Assembly: GCF_000023965.1 (NCBI RefSeq)
Contig: NC_013201.1
Coordinates: 120,001 to 152,000 of the forward strand
Reading direction: 5' to 3'
Length of the DNA stretch: 32,000 bases
From: Halomicrobium mukohataei DSM 12286
GTDB lineage: Archaea; Halobacteriota; Halobacteria; Halobacteriales; Haloarculaceae
Shown: piece after piece, positions 1-10,200 of the stretch
Layout of the letters: the number at the start of each line of letters is the position of its first letter
Position numbering within the stretch: position 1 is the first letter of the stretch
The notes under the pieces: model-generated
Told to the model about the DNA's origin: nothing
What the model saw: the letters and a program-made list of their open reading frames with translations, nothing else
Database searches by the model: none
Made by a program: the position numbers and the translations under genes

Positions 1-981
1 GTCGGTAGCAGCGATACCACGCCCGCGAGCGACGCGGGCGGCGCGAACGGAGACGGCCCCACTGTCGCAGTCGCCTCCTTTTTCAGCTTCTACGACTTCG
101 CACGGAACGTCGTCGACGGGACACCGCTTCGAGTGAAAAACCTCGTCCCGACCGGACTGCACGGTCACGGGTGGGAGCCGAATGCGAGCGTCACGAAAGA
201 GATCGTCGAAGCCGACGCGTTTCTCCACGTCGGTCCGGGGTTCCAGCCGTGGGCCGACCGCGCGATTCAGACGCTCGAAGACGACGCCGTCGACACACAG
301 TTGATCAACGCCCGTGAGGGCGTCGAAATGGTCGATCTCGCCGCGACGCTGGACCCCGAGGAAGAGGGGGTCGGAAAGCAGCAAGGGAAGGACCCACACT
401 TCTGGCTCGATCCCGACCGCGCGAAGAAATCGGTAGACAACATCGCCGACGGGCTCGCGAAACTCGCGCCCGACCAAGCCAACACTCTCCGAACGAACGC
501 CGAGACGTACAAATCCGACACCCTCGAACGGATCGACCGGGACTACCGGGCCATCTTCGATGCCGCCGACCGAAACGTCGTGCAGCTCGCGGCGCACAAC
601 GCCTTCCAGTACATCGGCGTCAAATACGACGCCGAGATGGTCCCCCTCGTTACGAACCTCGCAGCCAGCGGTGACGTCAAGCCCTCGGACATCACCGAGG
701 CGAAGGCGGTCATCGAGCGAAACGACATCGACTACATCGCAAACGGCGTCTTCGAGTCACGGAAGCCGGCGAAGCAACTGCTCGACGAAACGCGAGTCGC
801 CGGCTATCTCCCCGTCACCCCCTACGCGGGGGTCCGGGAAGACTGGGTCGAGAACGACTGGGGCTACGAGGAGATCGCCTACAACATCAACATGCCCACG
901 TTCGAGGTCGTCCTCGGCAACAAACGACCCGAGGAAGCCGGACCCGACGGCTGGGCCGACGAGTGGCTGAACTTCGAGTGA
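1..981 (+). CDS. Metal (Zn/Mn-type) ABC transporter substrate-binding protein, ZnuA/TroA-like; 5' end lies outside the window
   Basis: Frame 1 is open from nt 1 (VGSSDTTPASDAGGANGDGPTVAVASFFSFYDFARNVV...) and continues into the listed 133..981 ORF. It contains DPHFWLDP, typical of cluster-9 metal-binding proteins. The cognate ATPase and permease genes follow directly. Confidence 0.85.
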   Translation, partial: VGSSDTTPASDAGGANGDGPTVAVASFFSFYDFARNVVDGTPLRVKNLVPTGLHGHGWEPNASVTKEIVEADAFLHVGPGFQPWADRAIQTLEDDAVDTQLINAREGVEMVDLAATLDPEEEGVGKQQGKDPHFWLDPDRAKKSVDNIADGLAKLAPDQANTLRTNAETYKSDTLERIDRDYRAIFDAADRNVVQLAAHNAFQYIGVKYDAEMVPLVTNLAASGDVKPSDITEAKAVIERNDIDYIANGVFESRKPAKQLLDETRVAGYLPVTPYAGVREDWVENDWGYEEIAYNINMPTFEVVLGNKRPEEAGPDGWADEWLNFE

Positions 982-987
982 CCGCCA

Positions 988-1776
988 ATGAGCACACACT
1001 CCCCCGAGAACACCACGAGCTCGGAATCGACCGACAGTACCGAGCCGATCATCGAACTGTCCGGCGTCGACTTCGGATACACGTCTACCCCAGTCGTCGC
1101 CGACGTCTCGCTTCGGATCGACCCCGGTGAGTACGTTGCGGTCGTTGGTCCGAACGGGTCGGGAAAGTCGACGCTGATGAAGTTGATGCTGGGGCTGGTT
1201 CGACCGGACGAGGGCGTTGCTCGGCTCTTCGGCGAACCTTCCCACGAGTTCGACGACGGCTCCCGTCTCGGCTACGTCGCCCAGCACGCCAGCGCGTCCA
1301 AAGAGATGCCGATCACCGTCCGCGAAGTCGTAAAGATGGGTCGGTTCCCACACGTCGGCTTCGGTCGTCTCTCCAGTGCGGACTGGGGCATCGTAGACGA
1401 GGCGCTTGCCACCGTCGGCATGACGGCGTTCGCCGATCGCCGCGTGACACAGCTGTCGGGCGGTCAGCGCCAGCGGGCATTCATCGCCCGCGCGCTCGCC
1501 GGCGAGGCCGACCTGCTCGTGCTCGACGAGCCGACCGTCGGCGTCGACATGGAGTCCGTCGAGGCGTTCTACGATCTCCTGGATTCGCTGAACGGCAACG
1601 GTATCACAGTCTTACTCATCGAGCACGATCTGGGTGCGGTCACCGAACACGCCGAACGCGTCGTCTGTCTCAACCGAGAGGTCTACTTCGACGGACCGGC
1701 CACCGAGTTCGTCGAGAGCGACTCTCTGGCTCGCGCATTCGGCACCAGCGCGAACCTGCTGGGTGGGTCTCGATGA
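988..1776 (+). CDS. Metal ABC transporter ATP-binding protein (ZnuC-like)
   Basis: Walker A GPNGSGKST, ABC signature LSGGQRQR, Walker B LLVLDEP. The gene starts 7 nt after the binding-protein stop. Confidence 0.9.
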   Translation: MSTHSPENTTSSESTDSTEPIIELSGVDFGYTSTPVVADVSLRIDPGEYVAVVGPNGSGKSTLMKLMLGLVRPDEGVARLFGEPSHEFDDGSRLGYVAQHASASKEMPITVREVVKMGRFPHVGFGRLSSADWGIVDEALATVGMTAFADRRVTQLSGGQRQRAFIARALAGEADLLVLDEPTVGVDMESVEAFYDLLDSLNGNGITVLLIEHDLGAVTEHAERVVCLNREVYFDGPATEFVESDSLARAFGTSANLLGGSR

Positions 1777-2783
1777 TTCACCTCGCTGCCCTGCCGCTTC
1801 GAGTGGGACTGCTCGACCCCGTGTTCGAGCCGCTGTACTGGATTCTGGCGTCCTGGTCGGAGGTTCTGTCGTGGCTCGCCGGCCAGACAGGCCTCGAAAT
1901 CCTGCGGTACGGGTTCATGCATCGGGCGATCCTGGTCGGGCTCTGCATTGGCGTGATGGCACCGCTGATCGGGACGTTTCTGGTCCACCGCCAGCTCGCG
2001 CTCATCGGTGACGCACTCGCCCACACCGGATTCGCCGGCGTCGCGGTCGGACTGTTCCTGAACGCCGTCATCGACCTGGGGGTCTCGCCGTATCTGACGG
2101 CCGTCGTCGTCGCGATGATCGCAGCCCTGCTCATCGAGCTCATCTCGGAGGCGACGGACGCCTACAACGACGTCTCGATGGCGATCGTGCTCTCGACTGG
2201 CTTCGCGCTGGGGACGACACTGATCAGCATCAACGCAGGCGGGCTCGCTGTCGGTGTGAATCAGTTCCTCTTCGGCAATCTGTCCACCGTCTCGAACGAG
2301 AGTGCGGCGATACTGCTGGCGCTGTTCGGCATCATCATCGGCGTGATCGGGCTCACACGCAACCAGCTACTGTACGTCACCTTCGACGAGACGGCTGCTG
2401 CGGTGTCGGGTCTCTCGGTGAGCTGGTACAACCGCATCACGGTGATGCTGACTGCGATGGTCGTCGTCGGCGCGATGCAGATCATGGGCGTCATCCTGGT
2501 CGCTGCGATGCTCGTCGTGCCCGTGGCCGGCGCGAGTCAGGTCGCGCGGAGCTTCAACGAATCTCTCCTGATCTCGGTCGTGCTCGCCGAACTGGCAGTC
2601 ATTCTCGGCATCGGAGCGTCGTACTACGGTGAAGCGACCGCCGGGGGCGTTATCGTTCTCGTCGCGGTCGCGATTTACGTCGTCGCCGTCGTGCTCGGGA
2701 AGCTCCAGACCGCCTTCGGCGAGGAAGAGACACCCGAGATGGGCAGCATCGATACGACCGAATCCGTATCGAGGGGCGACTAA
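1773..2783 (+). CDS. Metal ABC transporter permease (ZnuB-like)
   Basis: Strongly hydrophobic multi-TM protein with an ATGA start/stop overlap with the ATPase gene. Family-typical stretches such as LIGDALAHTGFAGVAVG are present. Confidence 0.88.
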   Translation: MIHLAALPLRVGLLDPVFEPLYWILASWSEVLSWLAGQTGLEILRYGFMHRAILVGLCIGVMAPLIGTFLVHRQLALIGDALAHTGFAGVAVGLFLNAVIDLGVSPYLTAVVVAMIAALLIELISEATDAYNDVSMAIVLSTGFALGTTLISINAGGLAVGVNQFLFGNLSTVSNESAAILLALFGIIIGVIGLTRNQLLYVTFDETAAAVSGLSVSWYNRITVMLTAMVVVGAMQIMGVILVAAMLVVPVAGASQVARSFNESLLISVVLAELAVILGIGASYYGEATAGGVIVLVAVAIYVVAVVLGKLQTAFGEEETPEMGSIDTTESVSRGD

Positions 2784-2879
2784 CGATCCCCGAGGACCGA
2801 GAACAGAGACCAGATACCTCTCGAAGAGTGACCATCATGTCGAGACGCGGTCGAAACTCAGTACGGGACTGACAATCCG

Positions 2880-4290
2880 TTCCCGTGGATGTCCGAGTAA
2901 GTCAACCTGAACACGGAAGAGAACCTCTTCGAGACGAAGGTGTCCAAATACCAGAGCGGGAGTAGCCTCGACCGGTAGCATCCGACCGTGTTCCGCATAG
3001 CAACGTGGTCCCCTAGCTGTCTTCGAAGCATAGCTGTATATCCTGGCTGAGGAGACCTTACAGCGTCTCTCGGACGGAATATTCTCGACTAATGCCATCA
3101 ACAGAGCAATCGCGACGGGATGTCTTTCGAACCATTGCACAGTCACAGCACGTCGAGTGGCCTGTATACGGGTCGACACCGCTGTACGACCGCAGTTCGG
3201 TATCTGCTCTCCAATCAGACATTCGAACAGTCGCCAGAGTCTGGTTCGAACACGACATTCACGACTCGATTGGAGAGTTCGGTTCTCAGTACCCGTTGGG
3301 ATACGTCGATTTCGGGTCGCATGACGAGTATTCCACATTCGTTGTCTTTCGATACCAGCGGTTCGGGAGATGTACCGAGAGGCCGTCGGTCGGCTGCTGG
3401 AAGAGGTTGCAGAGACTGAGGAGTTCTTTCGAGCTGGAATCGTCGCGATCGACATCACCGAAGCCGATCCGTTCACGGGCGACCGAACGGGCCACGAAGA
3501 CGAGATCATCGGGACGAAAGAGCAGACCGACGAGTACGCCTATCAGTGGGCGACGGTCCAGCTGGTCGGGAACGCCGTCCCAATCGTGCTGGACGCGCGC
3601 CCGGTACGGAAAGGAGAGTCACGAAAGGAGATCGTCGAGGACCTGCTGGATTCGGCTGAGGACCTCGTTCATGTCGATAACGTCCTGATGGATCGGGAGT
3701 TCGATAGCCAACACGTTCTGGAGATGCTCAGCCAGCGCGGGCTTTCCTACGTCGCTCCGCAACGGATGCAGACCAGCGAGAAAGCGCAGGCGAAGCGATT
3801 GCTCCACCGTGATCAAGATCGATATGAGACTGACTGGAAGCTCCACCTCGGGAAGAACGAGTGGCACGAGACAACGCTAACCTACCGACGGAAAGAGGAC
3901 TCTGAACACGAGGACCACCGGCAATACTCGGTGTTCATGACGAATCGGGAGAGCGGGTACCTCACTGAGTACGGTTACCGGTGGGAGATTGAGAGCGGCT
4001 ACAAGAACATCAAGCGGTTTATGGCCGCGACAACCTCGAAGCATTTTGGACTCCGGTTTTTCTACTTCGCGTTCGCCTGTCTGCTGTACTCAATCTGGCG
4101 AGCGGTTGATTTGCTCGTCCAGGCCGCATTGACCGGCGAGTACGAGCATTCACCGATCGTGACGGCCGACAATACGCTCACGCTGCTAAAGAAGGAGACC
4201 GGAATCGGGTAGATAGCCGCTCAGTCTGGGCTAACGCCGATTCTCTGAGTGGCAACGCTGTCGGCACTCCCAGAAATCCACTGATATAGT
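2880..4290 (+). mobile_element. ISH3-family (IS4-like) insertion sequence; boundaries approximate
   Basis: GC drops right after the permease stop. The transposase remnant spans 3092-4212. Candidate imperfect terminal inverted repeats are CCGTGGATGTCCGAG (2881-2895) and CCCAGAAATCCACTG (about 4269-4283), 11/15 matches after reverse-complementing. The ~1.4 kb length fits ISH3-type elements. No clear target duplication was seen. Confidence 0.45.
3092..4212 (+). pseudogene. ISH3-family DDE transposase, split by a frameshift near 3362-3370
   Basis: The N-terminal part is in frame 2 (3092.., ...DEYSTFVVFRYQRFG). The remainder is in frame 1 (3370..4212, MYREAVGRLLEEV...). The C-terminal part carries the exact IS4-family Y(2)R(3)E(6)K signature in YGYRWEIESGYKNIK. 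The combined length is about 373 aa. Confidence 0.7.
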
Positions 4291-4576
4291 TGAAAGCATG
4301 ACATGCGGTGTCGCTTGAGAGGCGATCCGAAGCAGTTTCTGATCTCGGATTCGGTTGAAACCTCGCATCACAGGCTCGCTATCCCCGGTGTAGTCTCAAC
4401 ATCCCACTGGTGGATTTCTGTATATCGCTATGCACTTTATCACATCGCAAACTATACGCTCAGTACACTCTACTACACGAGAACAGACGAATCAGCCGAA
4501 ACAGCAATCACTCTTGATTCATCGAGGAATCGTAAGTAGATATTAGTGGATGGCCGCCGTCCGGTAAGCCGAGTCG

Positions 4577-5695
4577 ATGACAGCCAGCGAATCCGGGGGT
4601 TCTGACGGGGAAGATGACCTTCGAGACGCCCTCGATGCTTACCTGCGCTCGAAGGGCAAGGGGCCGAACAACGAGTCGGGGGCGTACCGACGCAACGCCG
4701 AGCGCGAACTGGAGCGCTTCGCCGACTACTTGCGCGACGACGGAACTACATCGCTCGCCGAGATCGACGCCGGCGATCTCCGCAACTACATCCGCGACGA
4801 GCTGACGACGCGGGGGCTCAAGCCCCAGACGGTCCACAAGTACTACGGCTACGTCTCGGCCTGGATCGGCTGGGCGCAGCGCGAAGGGCTCGTCGACGAA
4901 CACTACGGGATCCGCACCGACGCCCGTGAACCGCTCCCTGACCGGGACGGGCGCACCGAAGAGCGCCAACAGACGTGGCGACGCGAGGACCGCGAGGCGT
5001 TCCTCTCATATCTCGACGAACGCGCACACGAAGCGATCGACGCCGACGGCACCACTGCCTACGCGGCGACGCGAGACCGGGCACTCGCCTACCTGCTGGC
5101 CTTCGCAGGCGTCCGTGGGGCTGAGGTCCTCGCGATGCCCGACGACGATCGGCGCGACGGCGCGAACGCGGGCGACCTGAGCAACGCTGTCGACGCGCTC
5201 GACGTGCTCGGGAAGAGTCAGGCGTGGGAGACGCGGGCGGTCCCTCCACAGGCACGCCCCGCGATCGAGCGCTGGCTGACCGTCTACGATCCCGAACCGG
5301 AGTGGCCGCTGTTCCCCAGCTTCCACTACCCGTCGTTGTACGACCGACTGTCCGACGACGTTGACAGCGACGCACTCTCTGGCTACAGCGACATCTTCGC
5401 GGCGTTCCGCGACACCGACGCCCGTCCGCCGGCACTCACGACGGACGGCGCTCGCAGGCTGTTCAAGCGACTCTGCGCCGACGCCGCAATCGAGGTCGCC
5501 GAGGGCTACCTCCAGCTTCACGGCGCTCGTCGCGGTGTCGGCCGCGTGCTCGCGCTGCAGCAGGGCATCGACGCCGCCGCCGACCAGCTCGACAACTCAC
5601 CCGAGGTCGTTCGCGAAGCCTACTCCGAGGTCCTGGCGTCAGAACGAGCGGCGAAGACCGGTGACGCGTTCGAACAGCACGATGGGGACGAGTAA
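4577..5695 (+). CDS. Tyrosine recombinase / phage-type site-specific integrase (XerC/D-like)
   Basis: N-terminal SAM-like core-binding region (LRNYIRDELTTRGLKPQTVHKYYGYVSAWIGWAQREGLV). Catalytic-domain motifs AGVRGAEV (Arg), LHGARRGVG (His-x-x-Arg) and a C-terminal EAYSEV (candidate Tyr). Confidence 0.85.
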   Translation: MTASESGGSDGEDDLRDALDAYLRSKGKGPNNESGAYRRNAERELERFADYLRDDGTTSLAEIDAGDLRNYIRDELTTRGLKPQTVHKYYGYVSAWIGWAQREGLVDEHYGIRTDAREPLPDRDGRTEERQQTWRREDREAFLSYLDERAHEAIDADGTTAYAATRDRALAYLLAFAGVRGAEVLAMPDDDRRDGANAGDLSNAVDALDVLGKSQAWETRAVPPQARPAIERWLTVYDPEPEWPLFPSFHYPSLYDRLSDDVDSDALSGYSDIFAAFRDTDARPPALTTDGARRLFKRLCADAAIEVAEGYLQLHGARRGVGRVLALQQGIDAAADQLDNSPEVVREAYSEVLASERAAKTGDAFEQHDGDE

Positions 5696-6129
5696 ACCGA
5701 TGCCGTCGACCCGCACGGTTCGGCAATAGATGCCAAATTCGACGGCGAGACCGAACTGAACGACACGAAGATGGTTGCCCTCGACGAACTGGACGACTCC
5801 TGTCTCGAAGACCCGCTGGCGTACCCCATCGATCAGGCCATCACGTACTGTTTGATGTTGTAGACCGTACACGTCAGGACAATCTCACGGTACTATTCAC
5901 GCGCTCGTCCAGCAGAACCATGCGAATACTTCATAGCCAAATTAACGGGTTCGATCACAGCCCACTGAGTGTATCGTCGATTCTGGCGTTATGTGCGTGC
6001 CGTACGGTGCGATGATGCGGTATGAATCGATCGAAGTTGGATTATACGAATTCGTCACCACTGGAGTCTGATGACTGTGTCTTCAGCTACGATTCCAGTG
6101 CTGGCTACAGATTCAATATAAGCGTGTGA

Positions 6130-6138
6130 TCAAACCAT
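6130..6138. repeat. Target-site duplication TCAAACCAT, left copy, of the IS1595-family element
   Basis: An identical 9-mer abuts both terminal inverted repeats (6130-6138 and 7135-7143). Confidence 0.8.
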
Positions 6139-7134
6139 CGCTCTTGTGAAGCACGTTGTTGATTTTCAGAGTGCGGCGTTGAGAGCATGTTTGAGTGCTT
6201 CGTCACCTGGTTTTCTGTAGAGTTCACGGCGGAGTTCGAAGGCTCTGAGATACGGCGTTAGCTTGTCTTTCGAGACGCCTCGATGGGGCGAGAGCCACCG
6301 TCGCGTCAGCGACGCGTGGCTCTCGCAGCCGTTGACGTGTACTTCGCCATCAGCGTATTCACCGTCGCTGTGGACGACGTATTTGCGGGTGAATGAGTCG
6401 TCGTCTTCTAGTGGGTCGTAGGCCCGAAATCCGTCCGTATAGACGGTCAGTGACTCCTCTTCGTGGTCAGCAAGCAGGAGTCGAACGGTCGATTCGTCAG
6501 CGGATTTCGCTGGCACGACGTACCGCTCGTCCGAACCACGATCGACGAGCGTGAACACCGGCGGTTTGTCGCCGTCGTACGATCCCCGTCCACGCGTGGA
6601 CAGGCCACGCGAGCGCGACTCCTGGTCACGCTCGCGGCCTTTGAGACCAGCAGAGACGTACACTTCGTCGATTTCGACCGGTCCAGACAGCGTAATCGAA
6701 GGCGCGTCGAGAGTTCTGGCGAACTGCTCGACGTGCCGTCTCACCGTCCGGTAGGAACAATCAAGCTCTGCCTCGATTTGCCGAATACTCGTGTTGAACC
6801 GTAAGAACACGTAGATCGTGAAGTACCATTCTTTGAGCTTCAGCTTCGAGTGAGCGAAGATCGTGTCGGTCTTGTCGTTGAACGTGCGACCGCAATTCTT
6901 ACACAGATACCGTTGATACACCCGGTAGCTGCCGTTTCTGACCGTCAGGTCAGAACGGCAGCGGGGGCACTCGACGCCATCACGCCAGCGAACCTGTTCC
7001 AGCAGGTCCGCTGCAGCCGATTCCGACACGAACCGGCTTATTGGGAACATATCGGGCACCGCTAGCGCGGTGCCCTTGCCCTCTTCGACTTTCAGCTCCA
7101 GCCATCGCTATCAACAATCTCCTTCGCAAGAGCG
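6139..7134 (-). mobile_element. IS1595-family (ISH4-like) insertion sequence, apparently intact (996 bp)
   Basis: Terminal inverted repeats CGCTCTTGTGAAGCACGTTGTTGAT (6139-6163) and ATCAACAATCTCCTTCGCAAGAGCG (7110-7134) match at about 20/25 positions. The element has a single full-length transposase ORF and is flanked by a perfect 9-bp direct repeat. Confidence 0.85.
6166..7059 (-). CDS. IS1595-family transposase
   Basis: N-terminal zinc ribbon CPRCRS...CKNCGRTF, then KLKEWYFTIYVFLRFNTSIRQIEAEL and a DDE-type C-terminal domain. At 297 aa the length is typical for the family. Confidence 0.9.
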   Translation of the reverse strand: MPDMFPISRFVSESAAADLLEQVRWRDGVECPRCRSDLTVRNGSYRVYQRYLCKNCGRTFNDKTDTIFAHSKLKLKEWYFTIYVFLRFNTSIRQIEAELDCSYRTVRRHVEQFARTLDAPSITLSGPVEIDEVYVSAGLKGRERDQESRSRGLSTRGRGSYDGDKPPVFTLVDRGSDERYVVPAKSADESTVRLLLADHEEESLTVYTDGFRAYDPLEDDDSFTRKYVVHSDGEYADGEVHVNGCESHASLTRRWLSPHRGVSKDKLTPYLRAFELRRELYRKPGDEALKHALNAAL

Positions 7135-7143
7135 TCAAACCAT
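7135..7143. repeat. Target-site duplication TCAAACCAT, right copy
   Basis: Identical to 6130-6138 and lies immediately outside the right inverted repeat. Confidence 0.8.
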
Positions 7144-7228
7144 AATTAGAAATATAAAATACGCTACTATAATTTATTAGAATCTCTGATATAGAAATGA
7201 ATAAATATATGATGGAAAATGAGTTTGT
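7144..7228 (+). promoter_or_regulatory. Extremely AT-rich upstream/promoter region of the giant secreted-protein gene
   Basis: Hand count gives 12/60 G+C for 7141-7200. There are several TATA-like runs (ATATAAAAT, TATAATTTATTA, AATAAATATATG). The position is immediately 5' of the ATG at 7229. Confidence 0.35.
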
Positions 7229-10200
7229 ATGGCTACACGAACGAAAGTAATTTCTGTCTTTTTGACGGTACTTCTCGTGACCGCCACGTTCACGCCAGCA
7301 GTAGCAGCAGGATTACCAGCGAGTAGTGTCGGAAACGAGTCGACGCCGATCGATAGTGTCGGCAATCAGCCGACCGACACCGAGACGCCGACAGACGTAC
7401 AGACACGAACGGAGACTCCTGCAACAGAAACTGAGTCGGAAACAACTGCAACAGAAACGACGACCTCTGGGGCTCCAACGAGTACGCCGACGGCGACGAC
7501 AGAGACCGCCATACCGGTAACGCCGACGGAGACGAGAAACCGTTCCAAGGTGTCGGTCCCCGACAACGCACCGCCCCGACTGAAAAAGTCGGCCGCACTG
7601 GCGATTGTCGATCGGATCAACGCCAGTAACTCGCGTCACGTTGCACGCGCACGCGATCGCATCAACGGAACGCGGTCTGACTATCGTGGACCAGTTCGTG
7701 TCTCGAGTAGACAGGTATTCACCGACGACGGTATCGCGGTGCGGGCGTTGATGCGTCCCGCTCAAACGGGACACAGCAACGAGACCCGGCGCGCTGTCAG
7801 CCTCGTCTACCAGGCCGACAACCAGAGTGCTCGCATGGCCGTCGAAGACGCACGCTACGTCTTGAACCACTACGAGGGTGAACTCTCGGCGGCCAACCGC
7901 CAGCGAGCCGAGCGCCAACTTGAGGTTGCCGAGACGGCCCTCGACCGAGCAAATAAGTGGGGCACTCGCGACGCAGAGGGCCAGGCGTTCTACAAATCAC
8001 GTGCGACGGCAATCCCGCATCTCCGGACTGCCTACCAGCATGCACAGAAAGTCGTCGAGTTTGTCGGCCGCGATGTCGACACGACAGCGACGATCGACCG
8101 ACGTGTCGATCCCGTTCGGTCCGGCAACGACACCCGGCGGTACCGCATCGCGGGGAACGTCACCACCGTCGACCCCGCCGCTAATGAACAGGTGACGATC
8201 ACGATCAACGACAATCAGACGGTTACCACCAACGCCACGGCACGCCGCGGTGGCCACGGTCTGAACCGTTCGTACACGACGACGATCAATCTGACCGAGC
8301 AGGTGAACCGGATCGAGGTGACGACCGACGGAGAGACGGAGTCACCGGCCGTGCTCCGACTCGACGGTGACGGACTCCCCGACACCTACGAGCAGTCGGT
8401 GGCCGGAACTGATCCACTGAATCCGAACAGCAACTCCTCGCAGACAGCCCGTGACGAGAGCGCCAACGAGACAGTCGACGGGTGGGAGGACTTCGACGGT
8501 GACGGCCTCACGACACTTGAGGAGCGCCAGACCGGGACCGATCCGTTCGTGGCGGACACCGACAGTGACGGGCTCGCAGACCGTGTCGAGATGGCCTTCA
8601 CCCAGACCGACCCGGTCGTCGCGGACACCGACGACGACGGCACTGTCGACGGTGCTGAAGACCCCGACGGAGACGGCCTGCACAACGCCGCCGAGTACGC
8701 GAACGGAACCCTGCCCCAGATCGCCGACACCGACGGTGACCAACTGACCGACGGTGAAGAGACTCGAGAGTACGGCACGAACGCGACCAACCGAGACACC
8801 GACGAGGACGGCCTCGGAGACGGTGAAGAGATCGAACTCGGCACCGATCCGCTCGATCCGGATACCGACGGCGACGGCGTCCTGGACGGCAACGAGACGT
8901 TCACGACGACCGCGACCAACGAGTCACTCGGTGTCTCGGTCGAGATAACCGGTCGGGGCAACGTCGCGGAATCGGTCTCGGTTAGCGAGAATCAGCAAGA
9001 TTACCTACAGAACGGGCATATTGCAGATGCTGCGGTCACGTCAGTGACGTCCTTCGAAAGTGAGCGATCATTCGATAACGCGACGCTGACGTTCGAGTAC
9101 GATGACGAGACCGTGCCAGCTGGTGACGAGTCGAATCTATCTGTATTCTGGTACAACGAGTCGATCGGAACGTTCACGCCAGTCAACTCAACAGTCGATA
9201 CCGACTCAGATACCGTGACAGCGAACGTCTCGCACTTCTCGCGGTACGTCGTGTTCCATCGTCAAACATGGCTGGCACCATTCCAGCAGGATCCGCCAGA
9301 TGCAGATGAGGGACGCGGCGCAGAGATCAAGAACACGACAGTGCTCAACGAGACGTTTGACGACGGCCAGCTTGACGGATGGAACACCTCGACGGCTGGC
9401 GATGCGTTGGTTACGGTGCAGAACGACCAGCTCCAAATGCGCGTCTACAGATGTTCCCGGGCGCAGGCTTCGCGACCCATCAGGACCGTCCAGGGAAACA
9501 TCACAGTGTCGTTCGACTGGGGCCACGCAGCAGACGGGTACTGGGAGTATCCCGAGTGGGCATTCCGTAATGCCAACACTGGTGAGCGAATTCCCTACAC
9601 TATCGTCAAGGGTGAAGATGTCAGTAGCGTCGATAATCCAGGCCAGTCACGAACGGGCTCTCTCGTGGCTCGCGCGGCGGTCGACGGCGAGGTTCCGATC
9701 GAGTTCACGCTCCGTCCATCGGTCTACTGTAGCAACTCCGATCACAAAGACACGTACTTCACAGTCGACAATATCCAGGTGACCGAGACCAACACCTCGT
9801 CGGTGACCGATAGCGACGGTGATGGTATTCCGGATTACCGCGAAGAAGCCGGCCTGCTAGTAGGTAACGGAACGAGAATCGAGACAGACCCGACTGCGGC
9901 CGACACCGACGGAGACACCCTCACTGACAGTCAGGAGTTCGACTTCGACGATCCCGAGACCCATCCGACGACAGATCGGGAATTCTATGACACTGTCAGC
10001 GATCCGAACAAGCGGGACACTGACGGTGACGGTCTGAACGACGACATCGAACGGGAGGGCTGGGATATTCCGGTCGTCTCAGCTGACGGCGCTGACAGAC
10101 CGCTCCGCTTCGACTCAGCGTGCCAGCAGCGAGAAACTGACAGCGGGACCATCGAATGGAAGGGAGAAGACTGTACGCCAAATGACTATGTCCTTCAAGT

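Noticed and set aside
2835-3509. 224-aa minus-strand ORF overlapping the ISH3 transposase region
   Set aside because: It has a basic, Ser/Arg-rich composition and low GC3. It overlaps the recognisable transposase frames and has no motif. Its 3' part (2835-3030) lies in probable IS-end or degenerate sequence.
4303-4539. 78-aa plus-strand ORF in the AT-rich spacer upstream of the integrase
   Set aside because: It has low GC, a non-acidic aromatic-rich composition (HWWISVYRYALYHIANYTL), no motif and no plausible start context. The region is more likely non-coding or IS-remnant DNA.
5696-5862. Acidic in-frame continuation after the integrase stop (TDAVDPHGSAIDAKFDGETELNDTKMVALDELDDSCLEDPLAYPIDQAITYCLML*)
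   Set aside because: A clear TAA at 5693-5695 ends a complete integrase catalytic domain. The continuation has no convincing start codon and no recognisable domain. It may be a gene relic, but the sequence alone cannot support that.
7380-7520. Repetitive ACN/GAN-rich DNA at the 5' end of the giant gene, checked as a possible tandem repeat or CRISPR-like array
   Set aside because: It is simply the coding sequence of a Thr/Glu-rich low-complexity linker (TETPTDVQTRTETPATETESETTATETTT). There is no fixed-length repeat-spacer periodicity.
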